Assembly (NCBI RefSeq): GCF_044324875.1 | Contig: NZ_CP172185.1 | Source of the DNA: Escherichia coli | Lineage (GTDB): Bacteria; Pseudomonadota; Gammaproteobacteria; Enterobacterales; Enterobacteriaceae | Length of the DNA: 64,000 bases | Reading direction: 5' to 3' (one strand) | Part shown: piece by piece, positions 25,859 to 36,750 of the stretch | How the letters are laid out: each line of letters opens with the position of its first letter | Position numbering within the stretch: position 1 is the stretch's first letter | Position numbers and translations under genes: made by a program | The notes under the pieces: model-generated | Database searches by the model: none | What the model saw: the letters and a program-made list of their open reading frames with translations, nothing else | What the model was told of the DNA's origin: nothing

Positions 25859-26239
25859 ATGTTGCGTATATTTATCCCAACATCTAACGGTAAGATTTCC
25901 AGACGCCGTTATATATTTTCATTTATTTTAATAAATTTCATTTTTGCCTTTCTTATTATCTTTTTTAACGATGGGGACGCAGGTTTTCTTGTTATTGTCT
26001 CTACCATCGCACTCCATTATCTCGTCATCAACATAAATTGCCAACGACTCCGTGATAGTGGTTTCATATATATAAAAACTTATGTTTTTGGTACATTAGC
26101 AGTATATATCATCTCTATCATCACAATGATAGCCGAACATTTTGATTGTTCAGGCAATGGTTCGATGATTTTTTTGATTTGTTATTTTTCCACTTTCAGT
26201 ATGCTAATGCTTGCACCTACTGATTCATCAAAACAATAG
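25859..26239 (+). CDS. yigG: Small inner membrane protein YigG
   Basis: ORF track begins at 25799; internal start [34 protein letters not shown] gives ~126 aa. AT-rich; conserved position after rarD. Confidence 0.6.
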   Translation: MLRIFIPTSNGKISRRRYIFSFILINFIFAFLIIFFNDGDAGFLVIVSTIALHYLVININCQRLRDSGFIYIKTYVFGTLAVYIISIITMIAEHFDCSGNGSMIFLICYFSTFSMLMLAPTDSSKQ

Positions 26240-26252
26240 TTATGGAGTATTT

Positions 26253-26633
26253 ATGAGTAAGGAGTATATGAACGATGGTTCATTAAGTGAAAAATGGAAA
26301 TACCGATTTAACTTTTATGATCAACATGGCTTTCCTGGATTCTGGGGGGCAACACCAGAATATAAAGCAGCATTTAAAACATTAAAAGTAAGACAACGAT
26401 TAACTATTCAAATGAATTTCATTGCTTTCTTCTGTTCCTGGATCTATTTATTTGTTCTGGGATTATGGAAAAAAGCAATTATAGTTCTATTACTTGGCAT
26501 TCTATCTCTATTTGTTGGTGCACTAATTGGCGTTAACATTCTGGGAATTGCCGTAGCAGCCTATGTTGCTGTTAACACGAACAAATGGTTTTATGAGAAA
26601 GAGGTAAAAGGGTTAAATACCTGGAGCCTTTGA
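26253..26633 (+). CDS. yigF: Small inner membrane protein YigF
   Basis: ORF track begins at 26211; internal start MSKEYMNDGSLSEKWKYRF gives ~126 aa with TM segments. Confidence 0.6.
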   Translation: MSKEYMNDGSLSEKWKYRFNFYDQHGFPGFWGATPEYKAAFKTLKVRQRLTIQMNFIAFFCSWIYLFVLGLWKKAIIVLLLGILSLFVGALIGVNILGIAVAAYVAVNTNKWFYEKEVKGLNTWSL

Positions 26634-26640
26634 ATAACAG

Positions 26641-26677
26641 GTGGCTTAGCCAGGCTAAGCCACCGCTCTCGTTTTTT
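26641..26677 (+). terminator. Rho-independent terminator after yigF (possibly bidirectional with corA)
   Basis: Stem gtggcttag / ctaagccac with loop ccagg, followed by cgctctcgtttttt. Confidence 0.5.
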
Positions 26678-27626
26678 ACAACCAGTTCTTCCGCTTAAAG
26701 TACAAATACGGTGCCAGGCCCGCGAGGATCATAAAGATAATCGCGCCAGGGTAGCCGAAACTCCACTTCAGTTCCGGCATAAACTCAAAGTTCATCCCGT
26801 AGCTGGAAGCAACCAGTGTTGGCGGCAGGAACACGACGGATACCACCGAGAAGATTTTGATGATGCGGTTCTGCTCGATATTGATAAAGCCCATCGCCGC
26901 CTGCATCAGGAAGTTCACCTTCTGGAACAGAGATTCGTTATGCGGCAGCAGGGATTCGATATCTCGCAGGATTTCACGCGCCTGCTCCAGTTGACCACCC
27001 GGTAAACGCGCCTTGCGTACCAGGAAGTTGAGCGCGCGCTGGGTATCCATCAGACACAGGCGAACTTTCCAGCCGATATCTTCCAGTTCCGCCAGCGTGG
27101 AGAGCGCCTCGTCGTACTCATCGCCCTGATGCCCTTCCATAATTACCCGGCTCAACTGCTCCAGGTCGCTGTAGATATTTTCAATTTCATCTGCCAACTG
27201 TTCGATTTTGGTTTCGAACAGATCCAGCAGCAGCTCGTAGGCGTTACCGTCCACCATTGACTGGCTACGGGCACGCATACGATACAGACGGAATGCAGGC
27301 AGTTCACGCTCACGCAGAGTAAACAGACGACCATCACGGATGGTAAATGCCACAGTGGAGTTACCGGCGTGATCTTCCGCATCTTCAAAGAAGAAGAAGG
27401 AGTGAATATGCAGGCCGTCATCGTCTTCAAAGAAACGTGCCGATGCTTCGATGTCTTCCAGTTCCGGGCGGGTTGCCAGGCTCTGGCCAAGTTCAGATTG
27501 TACGCGCAGTCGCTCGTCGTCGTCCGGTTCGACAAGATCAATCCATACTGCATTTACAAGGGGTTGTGACTCTTCGACTTCCAGCCGGGTCAGTCGGTTA
27601 TTTTCCAGTTGAAATGCGCTCAGCAT
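26676..27626 (-). CDS. corA: Mg2+/Co2+ transporter CorA
   Basis: ORF track gives 321 aa; known CorA starts [15 protein letters not shown] (316 aa) and carries the C-terminal GMNF motif ([13 protein letters not shown]). Confidence 0.9.
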   Translation of the reverse strand: MLSAFQLENNRLTRLEVEESQPLVNAVWIDLVEPDDDERLRVQSELGQSLATRPELEDIEASARFFEDDDGLHIHSFFFFEDAEDHAGNSTVAFTIRDGRLFTLRERELPAFRLYRMRARSQSMVDGNAYELLLDLFETKIEQLADEIENIYSDLEQLSRVIMEGHQGDEYDEALSTLAELEDIGWKVRLCLMDTQRALNFLVRKARLPGGQLEQAREILRDIESLLPHNESLFQKVNFLMQAAMGFINIEQNRIIKIFSVVSVVFLPPTLVASSYGMNFEFMPELKWSFGYPGAIIFMILAGLAPYLYFKRKNWL

Positions 27627-27995
27627 GACCGGGACTCCCAATGCTTAAAATATCGGACAGTTCGGTGGGCACACAGAAACAAATTGGGTTTCAGACCATT
27701 AAACAGCCTGACTCAGCGCGACGGGAAAAATTGAGGTCGCTGACAACCGCTAAGGCTATCAGCAAAAAGGGATAGCCTTAGGAGTTGATCCTGGATGACA
27801 GGATAGTGAGCCAGTATCTACTGGGTGTGTCCAAGGCGAATGTCCTCTTAGAGTGATCGTGCGCGCATGTTACGCCAGCAAAATTTTGCCGTCAACACGC
27901 AACAGAACACCACAGAACAATAGTTGAACTTCGCGCTTTTTGGTACTCGTCAAGGTCGCTAACAGGATAAAAAAATCCCACATCCAGGACCTATA

Positions 27996-28760
<765 letters not shown>

Positions 28761-28842
28761 GCATTGTACACTCGAGGAGGCCAGACAAACTGGGACTGGC
28801 TACACAGCTGGAAAATCATCAGATAAATGAAGGGAAACAAAA

Positions 28843-29745
28843 ATGAAAAAAACGCTCGCAACGTTATTTTTATTAACGTGTCTGGGATCATCATCCGCCT
28901 ATGCGGATAACGCTCTGATTTTACAAACTGATTTTAGCCTGAAAGATGGTGCCGTCTCGGCGATGAAAGGGGTCGCATTCGGCGTTGACCATAATCTTAA
29001 AATCTTTGATTTAACACACGAAATTCCACCGTATAACATCTGGGAAGGCGCTTATCGTCTGTATCAGACTGCCAGTTACTGGCCGCAAGGTTCGGTGTTT
29101 GTTAGCGTGGTCGATCCGGGCGTAGGCACTGACCGTAAATCGGTAGTGCTGAAAACCAAAAACGGTCAATACTTCGTTTCACCAGATAACGGTACGCTCA
29201 CTTTGGTGGCACAAACTCTGGGTATTGATAGCGTCCGGGAAATCGACGAAAAAGCTAACCGCCTGAAAGGTTCTGAAAAGTCATATACCTTCCACGGTCG
29301 TGATGTGTATGCCTACACCGGTGCGCGTCTGGCTTCCGGGGCGATTACGTTCGAACAGGTGGGGCCAGAGCTTCCTGCAAAAGTTGTCGAACTTTCTTAT
29401 CAGAAAGCCAAAGCAACAAAAGGTGAAGTGAAGGGCAATATCCCGATTCTCGATATTCAGTACGGCAACGTCTGGAGCAATATCAGCGACGAGTTGCTGA
29501 ATCAGGCAGGAATCAAACTCAACGACACGTTGTGTGTGACCATTTCCGAAGGTTCCCAGCAAAAATACGCAGGGAAAATGCCGTATGTCGCAAGCTTCGG
29601 CGATGTGCCGGAAGGCCAGCCGATGGTGTATCTGAACAGCTTGTTGAATGTTTCCGTGGCGCTGAATATGGATAATTTCGCGCAGAAACATCAGGTTACG
29701 TCTGGTGCTGACTGGAATATTGATGTGAAGAAGTGCGCTAAGTAA
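28843..29745 (+). CDS. Secreted DUF62-family protein (SAM hydroxide adenosyltransferase / fluorinase-chlorinase-like fold)
   Basis: 300-aa ORF with cleavable signal peptide (MKKTLATLFLLTCLGSSSAYA); motifs LQTDFSLKDGAVSAMKGVAFGV, FDLTHEIPPYN, VFVSVVDPGVGT and the C-terminal LNSLLNVSVALNMDNFA fit my recollection of the DUF62 family. I do not recall a gene here in K-12. Confidence 0.6.
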   Translation: MKKTLATLFLLTCLGSSSAYADNALILQTDFSLKDGAVSAMKGVAFGVDHNLKIFDLTHEIPPYNIWEGAYRLYQTASYWPQGSVFVSVVDPGVGTDRKSVVLKTKNGQYFVSPDNGTLTLVAQTLGIDSVREIDEKANRLKGSEKSYTFHGRDVYAYTGARLASGAITFEQVGPELPAKVVELSYQKAKATKGEVKGNIPILDIQYGNVWSNISDELLNQAGIKLNDTLCVTISEGSQQKYAGKMPYVASFGDVPEGQPMVYLNSLLNVSVALNMDNFAQKHQVTSGADWNIDVKKCAK

Positions 29746-29754
29746 GGTGCTGAT

Positions 29755-29785
29755 GCGGGATGCGGTGTGGCGCACCGCATCCCGC
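29755..29785. terminator. Strong hairpin between convergent DUF62 gene and uvrD (likely bidirectional terminator)
   Basis: 13-bp perfect inverted repeat gcgggatgcggtg-tggcg-caccgcatcccgc in the 44-bp gap between the two stops. Confidence 0.5.
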
Positions 29786-29789
29786 AACG

Positions 29790-31952
29790 TCACACCGTCT
29801 CCAACCGGGCGTAAGCCGCCACCAGCCATTTAATACCCTGGCCCTGGAATGCCACCTGCAAACGGCTATGCTCACCGCTGCCTTCCATATTGACGATGGT
29901 GCCTTCACCAAACTTAGCGTGGCGTACGCGCTGGCCGAGCTTGTAGCCGCTGTCGTTCTCGACCATCGGCGTACCCATCCGTTGATGGCTGACCGGGCGG
30001 CTTACCGTGGCGCGCAGGCGCACCTCTTCCACACACTCTTCCGGCAGCTCGCCGATAAAGCGCGACGGGCGATGGTAAACCTCTTTGCCATACAGACGGC
30101 GGGTTTCCGCGTAGGTCAGCGTCAGTTTCTGCATCGCGCGGGTTACGCCAACGTAGGCCAGACGGCGTTCTTCTTCCAGACGTCCGCCTTCATCCAGCGA
30201 CATCTGGCTTGGGAACATGCCCTCTTCCATACCGACGATAAACACCTGCGGGAACTCCAGACCTTTCGCCGAGTGTAGCGTCATCAACTGCACCGCATCC
30301 TGCCAGGTATCCGCCTGCCCTTCACCTGCTTCCAGTGCCGCATGGGAGAGGAACGCCTGCAGCGGCATTAAATCTTCGTCTTCTTCGTTGTAGCTGAACT
30401 GGCGCGTCGCCGTCACCAGTTCCTCTAAGTTTTCGATACGCGTCTGGCCTTTTTCGCCCTTCTCCTGCTCGTACATGGTGCGCAGGCCGGAGTCTTTAAT
30501 GACCCGGTCAGTCTGTACATGCAGCGGCATATCGGCAGTTTCCTGCGCTAAGGCGTCGATCAGTTCCATAAACCGTTGCAAGGCACTGGCAGCACGTCCG
30601 GCGAGGGCTTTTTCCTGCAACAGTTCACGACATGCCTGCCAGAGTGTTAACTGGCGATCGCGCGATGTCTGACGTACCACGTCCAGCGTCCGGTCACCAA
30701 TACCCCGCGTTGGCGTATTCACCACGCGCTCAAAGGCCGCGTCGTCGTTGCGGTTGGCAATCAGGCGCAGATATGAGAGCGCGTCTTTGATTTCCTGGCG
30801 TTCGAAGAAGCGCATCCCGCCGTAAATACGGTACGGCATACTCGCCTGCAACAGTGCTTCTTCCAGCACGCGCGACTGGGCGTTGCTGCGGTAGAGAATG
30901 GCGCACTCGGCGAGCGCCCCGCCGTTATCCTGCCAGGTCTTGATACGGTTAACCACAAAACGCGCTTCGTCGAGTTCGTTAAAAGCGCAATAGAGGGAAA
31001 TCGGCTCACCGTCCGCGCCATCGGTCCACAGTTTTTTACCCAGACGCCCGTTGTTGTTTTCAATCAGGGCGTTCGCGGCGCTCAGAATATTGCTGGTAGA
31101 GCGGTAGTTCTGCTCCAGACGGATAGTTTCAGCACCGGGGAAATCATTGAGAAAACGCTGAATATTCTCGACCTGCGCCCCACGCCAGCCGTAGATTGAC
31201 TGGTCGTCATCACCGACGATCATCACTTTGCCGGTGTCGCCCGCCAGCAGGCGGATCCACGCGTACTGAATGTTGTTGGTATCCTGGAATTCGTCCACCA
31301 GGATGTTGGTAAAACGTTCGCGGTAGTGTTGCAGGATATGCGGCTTGTTAAGCCACAACTCGTGAGCGCGCAGCAGCAGCTCGGCGAAGTCCACCAGGCC
31401 CGCACGATCGCACGCTTCCTGATACGCCTGATACACCTTCTGCCAGGTCTGCTCCACCGGGTTACCGTAGCTTTGAATATGATGCGGACGCAGGCCTTCA
31501 TCTTTCTGGCTGTTGATGTACCACATTGCCTGGCGCGGCGGCCACTGCTTCTCGTCGAGGTTCATAGCTTTGATCAGACGCTTAAGCAGGCGTAGCTGGT
31601 CTTCACTGTCGAGGATCTGGAAATCCTGCGGCAGATTGGCGTCCATATGGTGCGCACGCAGCAAACGGTGCGCCAGCCCGTGGAAGGTGCCGACCCACAT
31701 GCCGCCCTGGCTGGTGCCCATCAGTTGCCCGATACGATGACGCATCTCCGCCGCCGCTTTGTTGGTAAACGTCACAGCCATAATCGAGTATGGCGAGCAG
31801 TTTTCCACGCTCATCAGCCAGGCGATACGATGCACCAGTACGCGCGTCTTACCACTGCCCGCGCCCGCCAGCACCAGAAGGTTGCTGCGTGGCGCGGCCA
31901 CCGCTTCGCGCTGTTTGTCATTAAGGCTGTCGAGCAGGTAAGAAACGTCCAT
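29790..31952 (-). CDS. uvrD: DNA helicase II UvrD
   Basis: ORF track gives 738 aa; known UvrD starts MDVSYLLDSLNDKQREAVAAP (720 aa); Walker A GSGKT present. Confidence 0.95.
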   Translation of the reverse strand: MDVSYLLDSLNDKQREAVAAPRSNLLVLAGAGSGKTRVLVHRIAWLMSVENCSPYSIMAVTFTNKAAAEMRHRIGQLMGTSQGGMWVGTFHGLAHRLLRAHHMDANLPQDFQILDSEDQLRLLKRLIKAMNLDEKQWPPRQAMWYINSQKDEGLRPHHIQSYGNPVEQTWQKVYQAYQEACDRAGLVDFAELLLRAHELWLNKPHILQHYRERFTNILVDEFQDTNNIQYAWIRLLAGDTGKVMIVGDDDQSIYGWRGAQVENIQRFLNDFPGAETIRLEQNYRSTSNILSAANALIENNNGRLGKKLWTDGADGEPISLYCAFNELDEARFVVNRIKTWQDNGGALAECAILYRSNAQSRVLEEALLQASMPYRIYGGMRFFERQEIKDALSYLRLIANRNDDAAFERVVNTPTRGIGDRTLDVVRQTSRDRQLTLWQACRELLQEKALAGRAASALQRFMELIDALAQETADMPLHVQTDRVIKDSGLRTMYEQEKGEKGQTRIENLEELVTATRQFSYNEEDEDLMPLQAFLSHAALEAGEGQADTWQDAVQLMTLHSAKGLEFPQVFIVGMEEGMFPSQMSLDEGGRLEEERRLAYVGVTRAMQKLTLTYAETRRLYGKEVYHRPSRFIGELPEECVEEVRLRATVSRPVSHQRMGTPMVENDSGYKLGQRVRHAKFGEGTIVNMEGSGEHSRLQVAFQGQGIKWLVAAYARLETV

Positions 31953-32035
31953 TGGCACCGCCGCGTAAAAATAGGTTGGGCGGAGAAGCGCAACGCCCTC
32001 CACCAAAAAGCTGGGTATATATACAGATTTGTTGA

Positions 32036-32752
32036 TTATATCAGCGAGGTCAGAGATGCCAACCGGGAAATTTCCAGATGCGGCAGTAAACGGCTATCCC
32101 AGGTTTGCATCAGATCGCCATTTTCCGGTCTGATCCAACAGGCCTGCATTCCGCTGCGAATTGCCCCACCCACGTCAGTGGTGAGATCGTCCCCAACATG
32201 TAAGATCTGGCCGATCGGCACGTTGAGTTTTTCCGCAGCCAAAAAGTACATATCGCTGAACGGTTTTGAGCGCCCGTGCGGGCCAGCGCGCAGCACAAAC
32301 TCAAAATAATCCCCCAAACCAAACAGTTCCGGCTGGGCGTTACCGTTGGTGATAGCCACCAGCGGCCATTTCTTCGCCAGCTGTTTTAAGGTGTCGTGGG
32401 TTTGCTGCGGGACATCGATTCGGCTGCGCCATTTGGCAAAGTTGATCATTGCCGCGTGTGCGCCTGCACTGGCTTCTTCGGCACTCAGCCCGGCGTCGAG
32501 CATCGCTTGTTCAATCGAACGAAAACGCCAGCGCGTCACGTCGTGATAAATCTCGGGTTCCGCTTCCCGTACCGCCTGGCGCAGGCGTTGCAGATCTTCA
32601 TTCTGGAAGCTGCGCAGCGCCGGATGGTAATTTTGCACAAAGGTAAGCGCCTCTCGCTCGGTGCGCAAAATCACCGGACGGTTATCGTAAAGGGTATCAT
32701 CCAGGTCAAAGGTGAGCGCCGAGATGCGCCCCAAAGGCCGGTAAAAACGCAT
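32036..32752 (-). CDS. yigB: HAD-family FMN/5-amino-6-(5-phospho-D-ribitylamino)uracil phosphatase YigB
   Basis: 238-aa ORF; HAD motif; conserved position between uvrD and xerC. Confidence 0.85.
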   Translation of the reverse strand: MRFYRPLGRISALTFDLDDTLYDNRPVILRTEREALTFVQNYHPALRSFQNEDLQRLRQAVREAEPEIYHDVTRWRFRSIEQAMLDAGLSAEEASAGAHAAMINFAKWRSRIDVPQQTHDTLKQLAKKWPLVAITNGNAQPELFGLGDYFEFVLRAGPHGRSKPFSDMYFLAAEKLNVPIGQILHVGDDLTTDVGGAIRSGMQACWIRPENGDLMQTWDSRLLPHLEISRLASLTSLI

Positions 32753-33648
32753 TATTTCCCCCGTTTGGCGCGTGGATGCGCCGCATCGTACACCGAGGCA
32801 AGGTGTTGAAAATCAAGATGAGTATAGATTTGCGTGGTGGAGAGGTTGGCATGACCCAGCAGCTCCTGCACACCACGAAGATCGCCGCTCGACTCCAGCA
32901 TATGCGTAGCGAACGAGTGACGTAATTTATGCGGGTGAACGTGATTATTCAGCCCTTGTTTTATGCCCCATTCGGCAAAGCGTTTCTGCACATTACGCGC
33001 GGAGATACGCTTGCCCAGTTTCGACAGAAAAAGCGCGTCGTCTTCGCTACCAAACAGGTCGCGCAAATCAAGCCAGTGCTCAATCCACGCCACAGCGTTG
33101 CGACCAATCGGCAGGCGGCGCTCTTTGCTGCCTTTCCCCATCACCCACACTTCGCCGGATTCCAGGTCGAGGTGTTTGATATCGAGCCCCACCAGTTCGG
33201 AAAGACGCAGACCCGCGCCGTACATCACTTCCAGCATTGCCCGATCGCGCACGGCGAGGGGATCGTTGATATCAATATCCAGCAGCCGATTCATATCATC
33301 GACGTCGATGTTTTTCGGCAGATGACGCGGCGCTTTCGGTGCCGAAACACCTTTCGCCGGGTTGGCTTTGAGTTCGTTCTGGCTGACCAGCCAGTCAAAA
33401 AAGCTACGTAGCGCAGAAAGCCGTAACGCCAGACTTGCAGCTCCCAGCCCTTTACGGCGACTGCGTACAGCGAAATTGCGCACCATCGTCACATCACATT
33501 GCTGCCAGCTTTGCAGGCCGTTTTCACTGGCAAAATTGATGATCGCCTCAAGCTGACGCTGATAGTTAAGCAGGGTTATCGGGCTAAGCTGACGCTCCAC
33601 GCTCAGATAACGTAGGTAGCGTTCTACATCGGTGTGTAAATCGGTCAT
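32752..33648 (-). CDS. xerC: Tyrosine site-specific recombinase XerC
   Basis: 298-aa ORF with the tyrosine recombinase C-terminal region ([27 protein letters not shown]...Y); chromosomal dif recombinase, not phage-associated in this context. Confidence 0.9.
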
Positions 33649-34352
33649 ACGCGTTCAATCCAACGCTCCAGAAGCTCCGGCAACATCAGCGCAATTTCAT
33701 GAAGTAACTGCGTTCCCTGCCCTTGTTGATAGTGACTGGCATCGCGACTGGTAAACAGCACAACACCCAAATCAGCATCGCTTCCCAGCATCGACATCGC
33801 CACCGATCCCACCGCTTTCGCTTCCGGTAGCACCACCAGAAGCTCCGGTCCGTTAAGCGGCCCCAGATAGTGCTGTTCCTGCCCCAGACGCTGAATACGC
33901 AGCGGTTCGAAAGACTGACGGCTTAATGCCAGATGAGTGTGGTTCGACGGCGCACCTAAGCGCCAGCGATCTGGAAACAGGCGCAAACTCGCCCCTGCCA
34001 GGCCGAGATCGCGCGCCCAGCGGTGAAAGCGCATCAGCATATCATCGAGACTGCTGGCGGCGGTGAGACTACGCTGCAAGTAGAGTAAGCGATAAAACAG
34101 GCCTTCGTTGGCAATAGCCTGTTCCATCAACAGCGCCATGTTCTCTTCCAGAACATGAATATGATTACGTGCGCGGGCCATGTGCCATTCGACCAACGAA
34201 ACGGTGCCGCGTACCGGATGCGGCACACGTATCGCTTCAACTGCGCGCGCATTGCGGATAAAAAACTCAGGATTTTTAATCAGATAATCGACAACCGCCC
34301 GGTCATCAAGCTCCGTGAGTGTTTCCTGCAGTTCTTCCCCTGGTTGCTTCAT
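33645..34352 (-). CDS. yigA: DUF484-family protein YigA
   Basis: 235-aa ORF; conserved dapF-yigA-xerC-yigB operon position. Confidence 0.8.
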
Positions 34353-35173
34353 AGATGAATAAATCCGTCGTAGACATGTACCGCCGGGCCAGTCATATAT
34401 AACGGGTGACCCGGACCTTTCCAGGCGATATCAAGACGACCGCCGGGGAGTTCCACGCGTACTTCTTCGGCCAGCAAACCTTGCTGAATCCCTACCGCCA
34501 CCGCCGCACATGCGCCGCTGCCGCAGGCCTGGGTTTCTCCTGCCCCACGCTCATAAACGCGTAAACGAATATGCTCGCGCTTAACCACTTGCATAAAACC
34601 GATATTGGCGCGCTCCGGAAAACGCTCATGGCTTTCCAGAACAGGACCAAGCGTTTCTACCGCCGCGGTATCGACATCATCGACCTGAATCACGCAGTGC
34701 GGATTTCCCATCGACACCACGCCACATAAGATTGTCTGCTCGGCGGCGCGCATAATATAGGTCTTTTCCGCTTTGTTAGCGCGAAACGGCACAGCGGAAG
34801 GTTCGAAGTTGGGCTCGCCCATGTTTACGCGAACCAGATCATCATCGGTGACGGTCAGAACCATCCGCCCGTTGGCGGTGCTGACGCGGATATCGCGCTT
34901 ATTGGTCAGCCCTTTCAGACGCACAAAACGGGCAAAGCAGCGCGCGCCGTTGCCGCACTGCGCCACTTCACTGCCATCGGCATTGAAAATGCGATAGTGA
35001 AAATCCAGTTCAGGATCATACGGTGGCTCAACCACCAGCAGTTGGTCAAACCCTACCCCCAGGTGCCGATCCGCCAGGCGACGAATCAGCTCCGGTGAAA
35101 AAAAGACATTCTGCGTTACCGCGTCGACGACCATAAAATCGTTGCCAAGGCCATGCATTTTCGAGAACTGCAT
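34349..35173 (-). CDS. dapF: Diaminopimelate epimerase
   Basis: ORF track gives 275 aa; known DapF starts [17 protein letters not shown] (274 aa). Confidence 0.9.
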
Positions 35174-35209
35174 CATTTACTCCAATCACGCGGGTACAGA
35201 AACTGACTT

Positions 35210-35413
35210 TTAGTAATTCACCTGGGATGGACCATCGCCAGTGGCGCGGTCGTTTTTATCCGGCACTGTGGATTGCGTTTGCGTCTCTACCGGTTTGGTC
35301 GGCGGTGGTGCGTTTTTATCTGCAGGCGGGAAATAGAGCGGACCTTTCAGACCGCAGCCCGTCAGGCTGAAGAGAGTAAGTAATACAGTGAGTGCCTTAA
35401 ACACGTTTTTCAT
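35210..35413 (-). CDS. yifL: Small lipoprotein YifL
   Basis: 67-aa ORF with lipobox (MKNVFKALTVLLTLFSLTGC). Confidence 0.8.
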   Translation of the reverse strand: MKNVFKALTVLLTLFSLTGCGLKGPLYFPPADKNAPPPTKPVETQTQSTVPDKNDRATGDGPSQVNY

Positions 35414-35492
35414 TATGGATTGCCTGTAAAGTTCATCGCTTTCTGCTTTCTATCATCGCAGGAGAAGGCGTAAAAGCAAGCGTTTAGCGACT

Positions 35493-35668
35493 CTTTATGA
35501 AGTCTGAAAAGTGAGGAAATGCTGCGAGTATAACGCTTACACGTGGCGATTTATGTTTTGCTGGTAGTTTCGTGATCAACACCTCGTGCCAGGATGGCTT
35601 TATGCACTATCGCAATGTGGTTTGTTTGTTGTCTTGTTCGTTGTTTTTATCGTCGGCATGGGGCTTTT
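35493..35668 (+). repeat. Leader-module repeat copy 1 (5' UTR plus truncated signal-peptide ORF remnant)
   Basis: ctttatgaagtctgaaaagtgaggaaatgctgcgag...tagtttcgtgatcaacacctcgtgccaggatggctttatgcactatcgcaatgtggtttgtttgttgtcttgttcgttgtttttatcgtcggcatgggg is near-identical to the 5' ends of the genes at ~36578 and ~39461, but runs into a stop after ~22 codons (…SSAWGF*). Confidence 0.6.
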
Positions 35669-35761
35669 AAAAGAGTGGCGCACCATGCAATTTCGTTGTC
35701 TGACCTTAGTCGCCAGTGACATACAGCTTTGCCAACCTGGTGATAAGAGGGAAAAAATCTG

Positions 35762-36316
35762 ATGGGGCTATTTACCCAACTGGAAAAATTTGACCAAAAG
35801 CTTACGCGCGGTTATGCCCGCTGGGGGCGCTGGGTATGGCGGACGTTAATTGTCGTTCCAATACTGGTCGTATTGTGGAATATAGGGCAGGCAGTATGGG
35901 GAGGACCAAGAGGTGGAGTGATTCTGGAAATCCACAGTGAAATTGACCGCCCGATACTGGGATTCAGTGTTAACGGCGTGGCGGGCGCGAATGCTTTTGC
36001 GAATGGTGGCGGTTCAATCACCTGTTGCGGTGATGTCAGTGGGGATACGGCAGAGGTTATCTGGACATTAAGTACTACTCGTACACAGTATAATGCTGGA
36101 ATGCGTCTGGAGAAACGCAATATGACGTTACCTCTCCCAAAAAGAGAATGGGGAGAAAATTATCTGCACGTGCATTTTATGCCTGGCGATAAAGTGTTGC
36201 TGGGGTGGAGTAAAGATTCTTTTTCTCCGTATGAAGATCTTCACAACGGGGGGTACAAGACCCGCGTTCGGCAGGATGTGAAAGATAAACTTTATGGCAC
36301 AGGAAAAATGAATTGA
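35762..36316 (+). CDS. Hypothetical membrane-anchored protein (184 aa)
   Basis: ORF with a predicted N-terminal TM/signal-anchor (WVWRTLIVVPILVVLWNIGQAVWG) and a Gly-rich GGGSITCCGD motif; preceded by a plausible RBS (agaggg). Function unknown. Confidence 0.45.
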   Translation: MGLFTQLEKFDQKLTRGYARWGRWVWRTLIVVPILVVLWNIGQAVWGGPRGGVILEIHSEIDRPILGFSVNGVAGANAFANGGGSITCCGDVSGDTAEVIWTLSTTRTQYNAGMRLEKRNMTLPLPKREWGENYLHVHFMPGDKVLLGWSKDSFSPYEDLHNGGYKTRVRQDVKDKLYGTGKMN

Positions 36317-36577
36317 TAGATTTCTATAAAAATCACGTTCGGCAGAAAGCGTAATAATGTGGCGAATGTTAGATACCCGTGGTGGAACCTGGGTACAACT
36401 CGTGAAAGACAATAAAGAAGGCAACGGGGGGCGGAATCCCACCTTGCCTCCCTTCCAGGGGTCAATCCGGAATATTTTTATGCTATTAGCCGTACTATGG
36501 GGCAGTTCCGGGATTGTATTTATATCGTGAATGAAAACATCACCTTTATTCCAGCAACTATCAGAAAATAGCGATGA

Positions 36578-36750
36578 CCTTTATGGATTCTGAAAAGTGA
36601 CGATTTGCTGCGAGAGTTACGCTTACTTGTGAGGATTTATGTTCTGCTGGTAGTTTCGTGATCGGCACCTCACGCCAGGATGGCTTTATGCACTTTCGCA
36701 ATGTGGTTTGTTTGTTGTCTTGTTCGTTGTTCTTATCGCCTGCCTGGGGA
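36578..36750 (+). repeat. Leader-module repeat copy 2 (intact; forms the 5' UTR and signal peptide of the 490-aa gene)
   Basis: cctttatggattctgaaaagtgacgatttgctgcgagagttacgcttacttgtgaggatttatgttctgctggtagtttcgtgatcggcacctcacgccaggatggctttatgcactttcgc...; direct repeat of copy 1. Confidence 0.6.

Noticed and set aside
32752-33648. xerC as a mobile-element integrase
   Set aside because: It is the chromosomal dif-site recombinase in its conserved dapF-yigA-xerC-yigB context, not an island marker.
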